A stretch of 64,000 bases of DNA. Source: Mytilus edulis. Taxonomy: Eukaryota. The stretch lies in NCBI RefSeq assembly GCF_963676685.1, contig NC_092353.1, forward strand, positions 26,619,690 through 26,683,689. The letters run 5' to 3'. Positions 12,601 through 23,018 of the stretch are shown here, piece after piece. A program made the translations under genes and the position numbers. The notes beneath the pieces were generated by a model. It was not told the origin of the DNA. It made no database searches and saw only the letters and a program-made list of their open reading frames with translations. Within the stretch, counting starts at the first letter, position 1; every line of letters starts with the position of its first letter.

Positions 12601-14563
12601 TCTCCAGACCTTGATGCAGTTTTCTTCCTTTGAATTGAGACAGTAGATCCTCTCTTAGAGGCAAACAAAGGGGCTTCGCACAACACAGAAGTAGTAGTTC
12701 TGGGAACCAAGACTGTCTTGACCAAGCCGGAGCAATAAGAATGGTCTTGCAAAGATCCCTCTGAATCTTGTGCAAGATCTTTGGAAGAAGACGAAAAGGA
12801 GGGAACATGTAACTGAACATTCCCTTCCAAGATAGGGTCATAGCATCTACTGCCCAAGCTTTCTCGTCTGGAATGGGAGAAACGTAAGTCTCCAATTTGT
12901 GATTCAGACTGGTGGCAAAAAGATCTATATGAGGACGATCCCAACGAAGAATGATCTCCTGAAACACTGATGGATGAATTTCCCATTCTGTGTTCACTGG
13001 AACACGGGAACGGGAGAGAGCATCCGCCAGAAGATTTTGACTGCCTGGAACATGTCTCACTGACAGAAAAATATTGAGACTGTGACACAGAAGAAGAATT
13101 TCCTTGCTCAGATGATACAGAGAAAAGGAATGGGTCCCTCCTTGATTCTGAAGATAAGCCACTACTGTGGAGTTGTCCGTGGCAACCAGTAGTGACTGAC
13201 CCTGAATCACAGCCTGAAACTGACGGAGAGAAAGAAACACAGCTCTCATCTCTAGAAGATTGATGTGTTCCTCCAACTGAGCACCTGACCAAAGGCCTGA
13301 TGCTGTCCTGCCCTCCAGATAAGCTCCCCAACCCATCAGACTCGCATCTGTGAACAAAGTTAGGCTGGGGTCTGGAGGATCCAACAAAACTCCCTTCCGA
13401 AGATGTTTTTCCTGAAGCCACCATTGAAGATGAGGTAACAACCGAGGAAGGATGGGAACAGGTGCCTCCCACAACTGAGAAATTGGATGCCAAAACTCCA
13501 TCAGATACCACTGGATTGGACGAATGTGTAGACGTCCTAGTGGAATGACGTCCATGATCGAAATCAAGAAACCCACCAGCTGAAGCAATTGACGAGCTGG
13601 GACAGATGAAAACTGAGTCAGAGCATTGACTAACTGACATACCTTGACTACCTTCTCTTCTGGAGGAAGCACTAGACCCAAATCTGTCCGAAAATGTTCT
13701 CCCAGGAAATTGAAACTCTGACTGGGAATTATCTCTGATTTTTCCCATGAAATCAAAAAACCCAGTCTCAGGAGTAAAAGGATAGACAAATTGGTGTGTT
13801 CCTCCAAAAGAGAACGGCAATGATTCTTGATGAGAGAATCGTCTAGGTAGGAATGAATGAGAACTGCCCGAGTATGAAGATACGACACCACCGTCTGAAA
13901 AATCCTGGTAAAAACTAGGGGTGCAATAGCCAGGCCAAAAGGCATAGCCTTGAAACTGTAAACCTTGTCTGCCCACACCAGTCTCAGGAAATGACGAAAC
14001 TTGTGAGAAATAGGGATGTGAAAATAGGCGTCCATCAAATCTAGAGAGGTTGTCCAAGTTCCTAAATGAATTGTCGACCTGATAGACCTGTTGGTCTCCA
14101 TTTTGAAATGTGGGACCACCAGATACTGATTGAGAACAGAAAGATCTAGAACCGGTCTCATTTTCCCGTTCTTCTTGGGTACCAAGAACAGCCGGGAATA
14201 AAACCCTAGATGAAAAGGATTTACCTCCTCCAATACACCCTTCTGAATCAGAATGTTCACTTCGTTTTGTAACAACTGATTCTTTTGAGAATCCTTTGTC
14301 ACTGACAGATTGATTGGAACAGGAGAAAGAGGAGGCTGTTCCAGAAACTGAAGTTCCAATCCCCTCCGTAAAATCGAAAGTACCCACTTGTCTGATGTTA
14401 TCAGAGCCCATTGATCTAGAAAGTGGGACAGCCTGCCCCCCACTGGAAGATGAGGAAGAGGAGAAGTATAATTTTCCTCTTCCAGTGGGGAACGATTCAA
14501 CGGAGGGGACAACACATCACTTACCCTGCTTCTTTCCCTTAACCACTTTAGCTTTCTTCCCAC
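12407..14563 (-). CDS. DIRS ORF2, pol: reverse transcriptase, RNase H and a conserved DIRS/Ngaro C-terminal extension
   Basis: RT motifs: LVPKKNGKMRPVLDLSVLN, LDLMDAYFHIPI, FKAMPFGLAIAP and the YxDD-like HSYLDDSLI. RNase H motifs: FTDASLMGWGAY, TDNSTVVAYLQNQGGT and HVPGSQNLLADALSR. Then ...IDLFATSLNHKL...YMFPPFRLL...ILIAPAWSRQSWF. Confidence 0.85.
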   Translation of the reverse strand: MGRKLKWLRERSRVSDVLSPPLNRSPLEEENYTSPLPHLPVGGRLSHFLDQWALITSDKWVLSILRRGLELQFLEQPPLSPVPINLSVTKDSQKNQLLQNEVNILIQKGVLEEVNPFHLGFYSRLFLVPKKNGKMRPVLDLSVLNQYLVVPHFKMETNRSIRSTIHLGTWTTSLDLMDAYFHIPISHKFRHFLRLVWADKVYSFKAMPFGLAIAPLVFTRIFQTVVSYLHTRAVLIHSYLDDSLIKNHCRSLLEEHTNLSILLLLRLGFLISWEKSEIIPSQSFNFLGEHFRTDLGLVLPPEEKVVKVCQLVNALTQFSSVPARQLLQLVGFLISIMDVIPLGRLHIRPIQWYLMEFWHPISQLWEAPVPILPRLLPHLQWWLQEKHLRKGVLLDPPDPSLTLFTDASLMGWGAYLEGRTASGLWSGAQLEEHINLLEMRAVFLSLRQFQAVIQGQSLLVATDNSTVVAYLQNQGGTHSFSLYHLSKEILLLCHSLNIFLSVRHVPGSQNLLADALSRSRVPVNTEWEIHPSVFQEIILRWDRPHIDLFATSLNHKLETYVSPIPDEKAWAVDAMTLSWKGMFSYMFPPFRLLPKILHKIQRDLCKTILIAPAWSRQSWFPELLLLCCAKPLCLPLREDLLSQFKGRKLHQGLENLHLHAWLLSGIPSEREAFLREQPSVSQDQSDNLQEQFMTPNGLSSVLGVCRSRLIHSLSLYNS

Positions 14564-16277
14564 TTGAATAGTTGGGACGAGAAAAAGCTGGCCTCTTCGT
14601 AGACTGTGAAGAAGAAGAAGAGGTAGAAGCCTTGGGTTGATGAGAAGACGAAGAAGAAGAAGGATTATTCATCTGAGTAGTTTTGACAAATCTTTTCCCA
14701 TCAGTGACCTTCACATCCACCTTGACTACAGGAGGGGCCTTATTCACCTCCTCCTGTAACTGCTCTAAGGAAACAGAGAACAACTTGTCCTTAGACAAAG
14801 GAGAACTGACAAGTCTCTGCTGAAGAGCTTCAGAGACAGTTGATTTTACAAGAATCTCCTGTCTCTTAGCAAGAGTAAAGTTGGCCACAGTACCAAGAAG
14901 AAGGAATTGAGACATTCCAAGACTCTTGTCTACCTGAAGCAGCATAGACCTCAAATCTGAAAATTCCTCCCCTTTGTCCTTTAACAGAGACCCAGCTGCT
15001 GACAAAAAGTGCTCAGCTGTCTCAAGAACAAAAGTCAAACACCTCAGATTATTCTCTGACTTGACATAAGAAGCTTGAGAAAGTCTGAGGCCATCCAAAG
15101 GTTTCGAACCAAGCAAACTAGAAAAAGCCCGGTCACAAGCAGGAGCCGACATACCCAAGGAAGATCCATGGATCTCAAAGTCCTTAGATCTACATCTCCC
15201 TGGATAAGAGGCAGGTCCGAAACCAGAGAACTTACTACCACCAGTTTTGCTAGTGTTAGCAAGATTCTCAGCCAGAGAAGAGTTTACAAAAGACAAAGCA
15301 GTTGTAAAGTGCCCAGACTCTGGAAAAGAATAATACCCCTTAGACTCTGGCTTGACTATACCTGAGCAAGCCATGAAATCTGAAGGAGTAGAAGAAACCC
15401 TAGGTGGAGACGACATGGGCATATCCGACATATTCCTACGAATAGAATAGACCAGACTTCTAAGGCATTCTGGGTTGCCTGAAGCAGGATCCTTAGGAGC
15501 GAAAGCATCTCCCTCTGTGCTTACTACACTATCAACATCAGAAATACCATCTTGGTCCTCCAAAAAGTTACCTTCCTGACTTCTAGGGGCCAAAGAAACT
15601 GAGTCGTCTTCCAACAACTGTCTAGGAGGTCTGGGAGGATCCTGTGCAGGATCCTGAGACAGACCCCTAGACTCCATAAGATCAAGCCTGTTACCAAATT
15701 CCAAAAACTTAGCATTAACAGTAGCTTGTATCTTGTGAATGGAGGTGGTAAGACTCCTCATCTCATCCTTAAAGGAGGATGACTCTGAAGAGGATCTACC
15801 ACCAAACCCCTGACCAGACCAAACTGATTGAGCCGAATAAGGATCAAAAGGCTGGGGATAAGGCGGCAAGTTGGGCATTCCCATAGGCATGGGAGGGTAT
15901 GCAAAATTCATGGGCCACCTAGTCCGAGAAAAGGGGTCACTCCTGATGCCAGCTGGTAGTGTCTCCTGCCTGCTTGTCGTGCAAGCCACAGGAGACGTTG
16001 GTATCTCTGCAGGCCTAGTTACGGTATGTGATACCCTGCTAGGCCTAGATAACCTCAACTGACTAGCACCAGGAGTGAAAGGCAAAGTCCTGACAGGAAC
16101 AGGTTCCGAGTCCTGTTCCAGACCGACACCAGAAACACCTGGAATAAACTCCAAACTTCTATCCCAAAATTCATCTGAATGGGTGGCCGAACGCCAAGGG
16201 GACAACAAATTACCATTGGATGTGTGAATTTGACTGTCACTTACCTCTTGGGTACCTGAAGCTGGAATTTTATCCAT
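14517..16277 (-). CDS. DIRS ORF1, gag-like, 586 aa
   Basis: First long ORF after the 5' ITR. It has a basic, S-rich C-terminus (...KKAKVVKGKKQGK) and no zinc knuckle. It overlaps the pol ORF by 47 nt in another frame, as in DIRS elements. Confidence 0.6.
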   Translation of the reverse strand: MDKIPASGTQEVSDSQIHTSNGNLLSPWRSATHSDEFWDRSLEFIPGVSGVGLEQDSEPVPVRTLPFTPGASQLRLSRPSRVSHTVTRPAEIPTSPVACTTSRQETLPAGIRSDPFSRTRWPMNFAYPPMPMGMPNLPPYPQPFDPYSAQSVWSGQGFGGRSSSESSSFKDEMRSLTTSIHKIQATVNAKFLEFGNRLDLMESRGLSQDPAQDPPRPPRQLLEDDSVSLAPRSQEGNFLEDQDGISDVDSVVSTEGDAFAPKDPASGNPECLRSLVYSIRRNMSDMPMSSPPRVSSTPSDFMACSGIVKPESKGYYSFPESGHFTTALSFVNSSLAENLANTSKTGGSKFSGFGPASYPGRCRSKDFEIHGSSLGMSAPACDRAFSSLLGSKPLDGLRLSQASYVKSENNLRCLTFVLETAEHFLSAAGSLLKDKGEEFSDLRSMLLQVDKSLGMSQFLLLGTVANFTLAKRQEILVKSTVSEALQQRLVSSPLSKDKLFSVSLEQLQEEVNKAPPVVKVDVKVTDGKRFVKTTQMNNPSSSSSSHQPKASTSSSSSQSTKRPAFSRPNYSSGKKAKVVKGKKQGK

Positions 16278-16449
16278 AATATTCAGATAAAATTAATATA
16301 AAATTATCCAAATATACTATAATTATAAACAAAAATATCAATATAAATTACTAAATATATAAATTATCAACTTGTTAAACTGTTTGTGAAAAAATAAGCT
16401 TTTCCTCCTCCACAAAAAAACGTGCAGCATGCGTTGTAGAACCGGAAAA

Positions 16450-16603
16450 AATGATGAAGGTTTAGGACACACAGGTGTCAGGTGGGAGAGGTTGTCACGG
16501 GGTCATGGTTTCTTTTTCTGGCTGGTTTCCGGTTGAATAATGCAGCGAGTGGACTGATATCTAAATTTATGAAGGTGAGGTATTTAATGTAATAAAAACA
16601 GGA
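16450..16603. repeat. DIRS inverted terminal repeat, 5'-proximal copy, including the outer 'taaatttatgaaggtgaggtatttaatgtaataaaaacagg' segment
   Basis: Reverse complement of 11221-11332. The outer 40 bp is complementary to 11451-11490 and to 11191-11220. Confidence 0.85.
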
Positions 16604-16659
16604 AATTCCCAAACGACCGGAATATATGTTTACTCAGCATTAGCAGTGTTACAGTTAGG

Positions 16660-16719
16660 ATGTCTAAAAACAATGTTGTGGGTTTGAAGCTTTACCAGTT
16701 TGTTCATGTACTTGATGTG
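16660..16719 (+). CDS. MVP: Major vault protein, putative exon 1: MSKNNVVGLKLYQFVHVLDV
   Basis: It is the first in-frame ATG after a stop at 16591, with donor '|gtaagt' at 16720. It joins exon 2 in phase 0 to give ...YQFVHVLDV|TTNITRIEIGPQT, which aligns with MVP ...YHYIHVLDQ|NSNVSRVEVGPKT. The IRIPPY motif is poorly conserved, so the call is uncertain. Confidence 0.4.
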
Positions 16720-17589
16720 GTAAGTAAAATTGGTTTATAATCTATTGTCAAAAAGTATTTTTATTTTAAATTGAAATTTACAGCCATTTGACATTTCTGT
16801 TTCACTTTCATATGTCGATGACTTTCATCTGCCTGAGGCGATCAAGTTTTGATATGTAGATTTAAATCGTTGCTTTATTTTTTAATGCCTACCTGAAGAT
16901 GAAAAAGGAATAAATCAACTCCTTTGAGTAATAATTTTTAAACAGACGAATTGAACGAAATGAAGAAATGAAGGTACATTGCACAATACCATGCAATGTT
17001 TTAAACATGGAAAAAGAGACATAAATGTAGATTTATTATTAATCAAGATAAAGAATAAAATGTTTGTCTCATTTTAAGGATTTCTTTGTTCTGTCATTTA
17101 CATCTTAATACTTTTTGAGTGAAGAAAATTGAACCCTTCTAAATTATCTGGTGCAGATCCAGGGAAGCTAATTAGGTGGACATAACTCCTTACAGATTAT
17201 AGAGTTATATATAGACCTAAATTTTCCAGTTTCAGTTACCAGTTCATATATTTTTGTACCTAGAAAAAACATCTTAATGCAACCCCTTTGCTTTTCCTTT
17301 AAATTTCAGGGTGATTTATTTGTTTGAACAGATTATAACCTGTCCTGGTTTGATAAACAAACATTGACTTACAATACACCTACATAATGAATGTGTATAG
17401 ATTGACCAAGAACCAATAAAAGGGATGGGTTTTTGCTCTCACAACATGTATCTGTAATAGCAGGCATTTATTTTAAGGGGATATTTATAGAAAAGAACAA
17501 ATAATGTTTCCAATATGGGGCTCCAGTTCAGAGGTGGGATTTTTTTTAGCTCACCTGGCCTAAAAGGCCATGTGAGCTTTTCTCATCAC

Positions 17590-17609
17590 TTGGCGTCCGT
17601 CGTCGTCGA

Positions 17610-17646
<37 letters not shown>

Positions 17647-17650
17647 TGTC
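17590..17650. repeat. (GTC)n microsatellite
   Basis: 'cgtcgtcgtcgacgtcgtcgtcgtcgtcgtcgtcgtcgtcgtcgtctgtcgtcg'. Shorter GTC runs lie near 1030-1050 and 19435-19445. Confidence 0.9.
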
Positions 17651-20580
17651 GTCGTTAACAATTTTTCAAACATCTTCTCCTCTGAAACTACTGAATGGAT
17701 TTGAATGAAACTTAACATGATTGTTCCTTAGTATATCCTGCACAAAATGTGCGCTTCGATTTTTGATCCGTCAAAAAACATGGCCGCCGTTACTTAAAAT
17801 AGAACATAGGGGTCAAATGCAGTTTTTGGCTTATATCTCAAAAACGAAAGCATTTAGAGCAAATCTGACATGGGGTAAAAATGTTCATTAGGTCAAGATC
17901 TATCAGCCCTGAAATTTTCAGATGAATCAAACAAACCATTGTTGGGTTGCTGCCACTTAATTGGTAATTTTAAGGAAATTTTGCAGTTTTTGGTCATTAT
18001 CTTGAATATTATTATAGATAAAGATAAACTGTAAACAGCAAAAAAGATCAGCAAAGTAAGATCTACAAATAAGTTAATATGACCAAAATTGTCAATTGAC
18101 CCCTTAAGGGGTTATTGTCCTTTAATGACAATTTTTCACAATTTGTTCATCATATTTGCTAACTTTAAAAAATCTTCTCCTCTGAAACTACTGAATGGAT
18201 TTGGTTAAAACTTAGCATGATTGTTCCTTAGATTATCCTGCACAAAGTGTGTGCTTTGATTTTTGATCCGTCAAAAAACATGGCCGCCGTTACTTAAAAT
18301 AGAACATAGGGGTCAAATGCAGTTTTTGGCTTATATCTCAAAAACGAAAGCATTTAGAGCAAATCTGACATGGGGGTAAAAATGTTCATTAGGTCAACAT
18401 CTATCAGCCCTGAAATTTTCAGATGAATCAAACAACCCATTGTTGGGTTGCTGCCACTTAATTGGTAATTTTAAGGAAATTTTGCAGTTTTTGGTCATTA
18501 TCTTGAATATTATTATAGATAAAGATAAACTGTAAACAGCAAAAATGATCAGCAAAGTAAGATCTACAAATAAGTTAATTTGACCAAAATTGTCAATTGA
18601 CCCCTTAAGGGGTTATTGTCCTTTAATGACAATTTTTCACAATTTGTTCATCATATTTGCTAACTTTAAAAAATCTTCTCCTCTGAAACTACTGAATGGA
18701 TTTGGTTAAAACTTAGCATGGTTGTTCCTTAGATTATCCTGCACAAAGTGTGTGCTTTGATTTTTGATCCGTCAAAAAACATGGCCGCCGTTACTTAAAA
18801 TAGAACATAGGGGTCAAATGCAGTTTTTGGCTTATATCTCAAAAACGAAAGCATAAAGAGCAAATCTGACATGGAGTAAAAATGTTCATTAGGTCAATAT
18901 CTATCAGCCCTGAAATTTTCAGATGAATCAAACATCCAAACAGCAAATATGATCAGCAAAGTAAGATCTACAAATAAGTCAATTTGACCAAAATTGTCAA
19001 TTGACCTCTTTAGGAGTTATTGCCCTTTAAAGACTTTTTTCACAATTTGTTCACCGTGTTGACTTACTTTAAAAGATCTTCTCTTATGAAACTGCTGTAT
19101 CAATTTCAGCCAAACTTAGGCTAAATGAGTTTCAGAGTTTCAGAGTATCTAGTATAAATTTTATATTTCATTTCCTTGTATGTCAAGAAACATAGCTCCT
19201 ATGGCTAAAATAGAACATAGGAGAAAATGATTTTTTTTTGCTTTTGAAGAAAATAGGACGATTCAAAGAACATTTAAATAAATTGAAAAGCCAAAATAAT
19301 CATTGATGAGAGATTAAACCAAAAAAATTCAGGTGAGCGATTCAGGCTCTTGAGAGCCTCTTGTTTTAGCTCACCTGGCCCATAGCCTATAGGGCCAAGT
19401 GAGCTTTTCTCATTCATGTCATTACTTGTTGTCCGTCGTCGTCTTTAACTTTTACAAAAATTTTCTCCTCTGAAACTACTGGGCCAAATTTAACCAAACT
19501 AAGCCACAATCATCACTAGGGTATCTAGTTTACAGAATGTGTCCGGTGACCCTGCCAACCAACCAAGATGGCCGCGTTGGCTAAAAATAGAACAGAGGGG
19601 TAAAATGTAGATTTTGGCTTATATCTCTGAAACCAAAGCATTTAGAGCAAATCTGAGAGGCAGTAAAATTGTTTATATCTGCTCTGAAATTTTCAGATGA
19701 ATAGGACAACCCGCTGTTTGGTTGCTGCCCCAGATTTGGTAATTTTAAGAAAATTTTGCTGTTTTTATACGTTCGCAAAGATTGAGAATTTTTTGGTCGT
19801 ATATTGGTATCAGGTTGACGTTTATCAGGTCAAGATCTATCGGCCCTGAAATTTTCAGATGAATCAGACAATGGGTTGTTGGGTTGCTGCCCCTGAATTG
19901 GTAATTTTAAGGAATTTCTTTGTTTTCGGTTATTATCTAAAAAAAATTATTATAGATAGAGATAAACTATAGGCAGCAATTATGTTCAGCAAAGTAAGAT
20001 CTACAAATAAGTCAACATGATCAAAATGATCAGTTGATCCCTTAAGGAGTTATTGCCCTTAACAGTCATTTTTTACCAATTTTTCATAAATTTTTGTTAT
20101 CTTTTACAAAAATCTTCTCCTCTGAAACTACTGGACCAAATTTAACAAAACTTAGCCAAAATCATAATTAGGGTATCTAGTTTAAAAACTGTGTGCGGTG
20201 ACACGGCCAACCAACAAAGATGGCAGCCATGGCTAAAAATAGAACATAAGGGGTAAAATGTAGATTTTGGCTTATAACTCTGAAACCAAAGCATTTAAAG
20301 CAAATCTTACAAGGGGTGAACTTGTTTATCTAGTAAAAATATCTATCTGCCCGGAAATTTTCAGATGAATTGGACAACTGGTTATTGGGTTGCTGCCTCC
20401 CAATTGGTAATTTTAAAAGAAATTTAGTCGTTTTTGGTTATTATCTTGAATACTATTATAGATAGAGATAAATTGTAAACAGCAATAATGTTCAGCAAAT
20501 TAAGATCTACAAATAAGTCACCATGACCAAAATGGTCAGTTGACCCCTTAAGGAGTTATTGCCCTTTATAGTCATTTTTT
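17650..20580. repeat. Tandem array of ~6 copies of a ~480-520-bp unit (satellite/SINE-like) inside MVP intron 1
   Basis: Recurrent 'aatcttctcctctgaaactactg...atggccgccgttacttaaaatagaacataggggtcaaatgcagtttttggcttatatctc...gttgggttgctgcc...agatctacaaataagt...' at about 17660, 18165, 18670, 19060, 19450 and 20100. Confidence 0.8.
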
Positions 20581-22884
20581 AACATTTTTCATTAATTTGG
20601 TAAATTTTGCAATCTCTGTAAACTAAAGGGCCAAGTTCATTACAGAAAGAGAAAATTGTAAGTAACAAAAATGATCAGTAAAGTATGATCTACAAACACA
20701 TCACCATTACCAAACCACAATTTTGTCATGAATCCATCTGTTTCCTTTGTTTAATATGCACATAAACCAAGGTGAGCGACACAGGCTCTTAAGAGCCTCT
20801 AGTTAACAATTTTCATAAATTTTGTTAATTTTGTAATTTTATTAAAATTTATTCGTTTATGATATGCACATAGACCAAGGTGAGCGACACAGGCTCTTTA
20901 GAGCCTCTAGTTCTAGGAAAAAATTGGTTGATTATATAGGGAATCACTGAAGCTTGACCAGAGCTGGCCCCCTTTTGGGCAGTCAGTGGGCCCCGACTTA
21001 TGAAAATTTCTTGATCCACCACTGCAGTTTGGTATTAAGTTAACCACTTGGTGACACTTTCCCTAATACAAAGTTAACAATAATAAGTTTTAAAAGAAGA
21101 AGAATAGTTAGGCCTTGAGATATCTTAAATTGGCACTAGCTACGAGAAAAATCAAATAAGATTTTGTTTGGTTTAACCTTAAGTCAAATTAAGCAATGAA
21201 ATATCGCTGATGAATTACTATAAATTCAGAAATTATTGCGTGCATTTATTAATGCAATTTTGTCATTTTAGACTTAAATACGATTTTAATTGGTACGATT
21301 TTGAGAACAATCCTGTTTATAGATATAGGAAGATGTGGTATGAGTGCCAATGAGACAACCCTCCATCCAAATAACAATTTAAAAAAAGTAAACCATTATA
21401 GGTCAATGTACAGCCTTCAACACGGAGCCTTGGCTCACACTGAACAACAAGCTATAAAGGGCCCCAAAATTACTAGTGTAAAACCATTCAAACGGGGAAA
21501 ACCGACGGTCTAATCTATATAAATGGACGAGAAACGAGAAACATGTATAAATTACATAAACAGACGACACCTACTGTACATCAGATTCCTGACTTAGAAC
21601 AGGTGCAAATATTTGCAGCGGGATTAAACGTTTTAATGGTACCAAACATTCTCGCTTTTTCTGAAACAATTACATAACATCACAACATAGAAAAACATAC
21701 GATAAAATATCAATTGGCAGGCTCAACTCAATCAAAAAACGTAAATTAATACACTATGAACGAATAAATTTGATCTGCGATATCTGAATGTAAATGCACA
21801 GTTAATAAAATATTAGGGATAAACATTCAGGGCCAAAAAGCAAACAAATAAGTCCAAACAAAGCCATAGCAAGACACCACTGTGAAATATTTAACCCTAC
21901 GAAAATTATCACATTTGAAAAAAAAACCGGTTTTATTAATACAGGTAAATCATGAAGTTTATACAAATGTAGTGAAAATTAGAAGATATTCCAAATAATC
22001 AAATAATCAAAGCTGGTATATAGACAAGTTCCATATTAATATAAAATAACAAAAAGGCATTATATAAACAGTATAATTCATATTAAATATTTCACAACAA
22101 GAGTTTGAATTATTGCGTTTACAACTCTGATTTGTACTTAATATTTTGGTACAGAAATAATACAATATTCCTTGTTTGAAAATCATAACTTTAAGAGATT
22201 TGGAATAGAAAAACTTTCAAAATGCTGAAATGTAACGGAAGTAACCAAAAATCTGTAGTACCTAAATTTCAAGTACAAAAACATTTTATTATAAAATTTA
22301 ATCTTTTTTGTAGCTAAATGTGCCTACTTGTCACTAATAAGTGATAGACAAATTTGTTTTAGGTGTAATACAATTTGTACCACCAAATCATGGTACGTCA
22401 CATCCGGTTGTATACGAAAGTAGGTCTAAAAAAATATTCCCTTGAATTTGACAGTTAGTTGTAAGTAATTTATCCTACATTTTATTGCAGTAAAAATATT
22501 TCTGTGTCATAAACATATGTCTTTGGTATTTCAAAACACCATTATTTTTTATTTGGTATTTCTATAGAAAACCTTGAGGTTACATGGTGACTAAACCTTG
22601 TACACAGATAAAATAAGGGGAGAAATTTGATTGGTTAACTTCCAATGATGGTTATTTTCTTATATGCAATGAAATGTTATGTGAATTTTTTTCTATAGTA
22701 CTGGACAGGATAAAACTTTACTCATGCCAAGTATTTCTTTATTTGAAACAACAAATTCTGCACATTTTTTTGAAAAGTGCAAATTTAACAAAGACTAATA
22801 GGGGAAAATCAATGGTGGTATTACACCTAATTAAGAAGCCAAAGTGACACGATCATTTTAAAATTGTATATACAATATTTTCAG

Positions 22885-23018
22885 ACAACTAATATTACAA
22901 GGATAGAAATAGGTCCACAGACCATTGTATTGAAGACAAATGAAAACTTTGTGGCTGGTCCATTACCTATGATAGTTGTTGCACCAGGATGTTATTGTGT
23001 AGTCCATAATCCTGTCAG
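22885..23018 (+). CDS. MVP: MVP exon 2
   Basis: Acceptor 'ttttcag|', donor 'gtcag|gtatgt'. TTNITRIEIGPQTIVLKTNENFVAGPLPMIVVAPGCYCVVHNPV resembles human [38 protein letters not shown]. Confidence 0.8.

Larger units (their letters stand above)
11161..16603 (-). mobile_element. DIRS-like tyrosine-recombinase retrotransposon with gag-like ORF, RT/RNase H pol and a YR integrase, flanked by inverted terminal repeats
   Basis: Three overlapping minus-strand ORFs carry RT, RNase H and YR motifs. 11221-11332 is the exact reverse complement of 16450-16562. The 3'-proximal end has additional complementary segments. No target-site duplication is expected for YR elements. Confidence 0.8.

Noticed and set aside
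14314-14571. 85-aa plus-strand ORF inside the DIRS element (also 15075..15365 and 15871..16062)
   Set aside because: They are antisense to the gag/pol ORFs with no motifs, which is typical of chance ORFs opposite long coding regions.
22369-22398. 'VIQFVPPNH' as the true first coding exon of MVP
   Set aside because: It ends in phase 1 and cannot be joined to exon 2 (22885) to give the conserved ...HVLD-NxxR... spacing. It is kept as a finding (possible decayed duplicate) rather than a feature.
22700-22735. Candidate micro-exon 'tactggacaggataaaactttactcatgccaa' encoding VLD...
   Set aside because: Inserting it would add about 8 residues not present in MVP between HVLD and NITR. It is probably chance.
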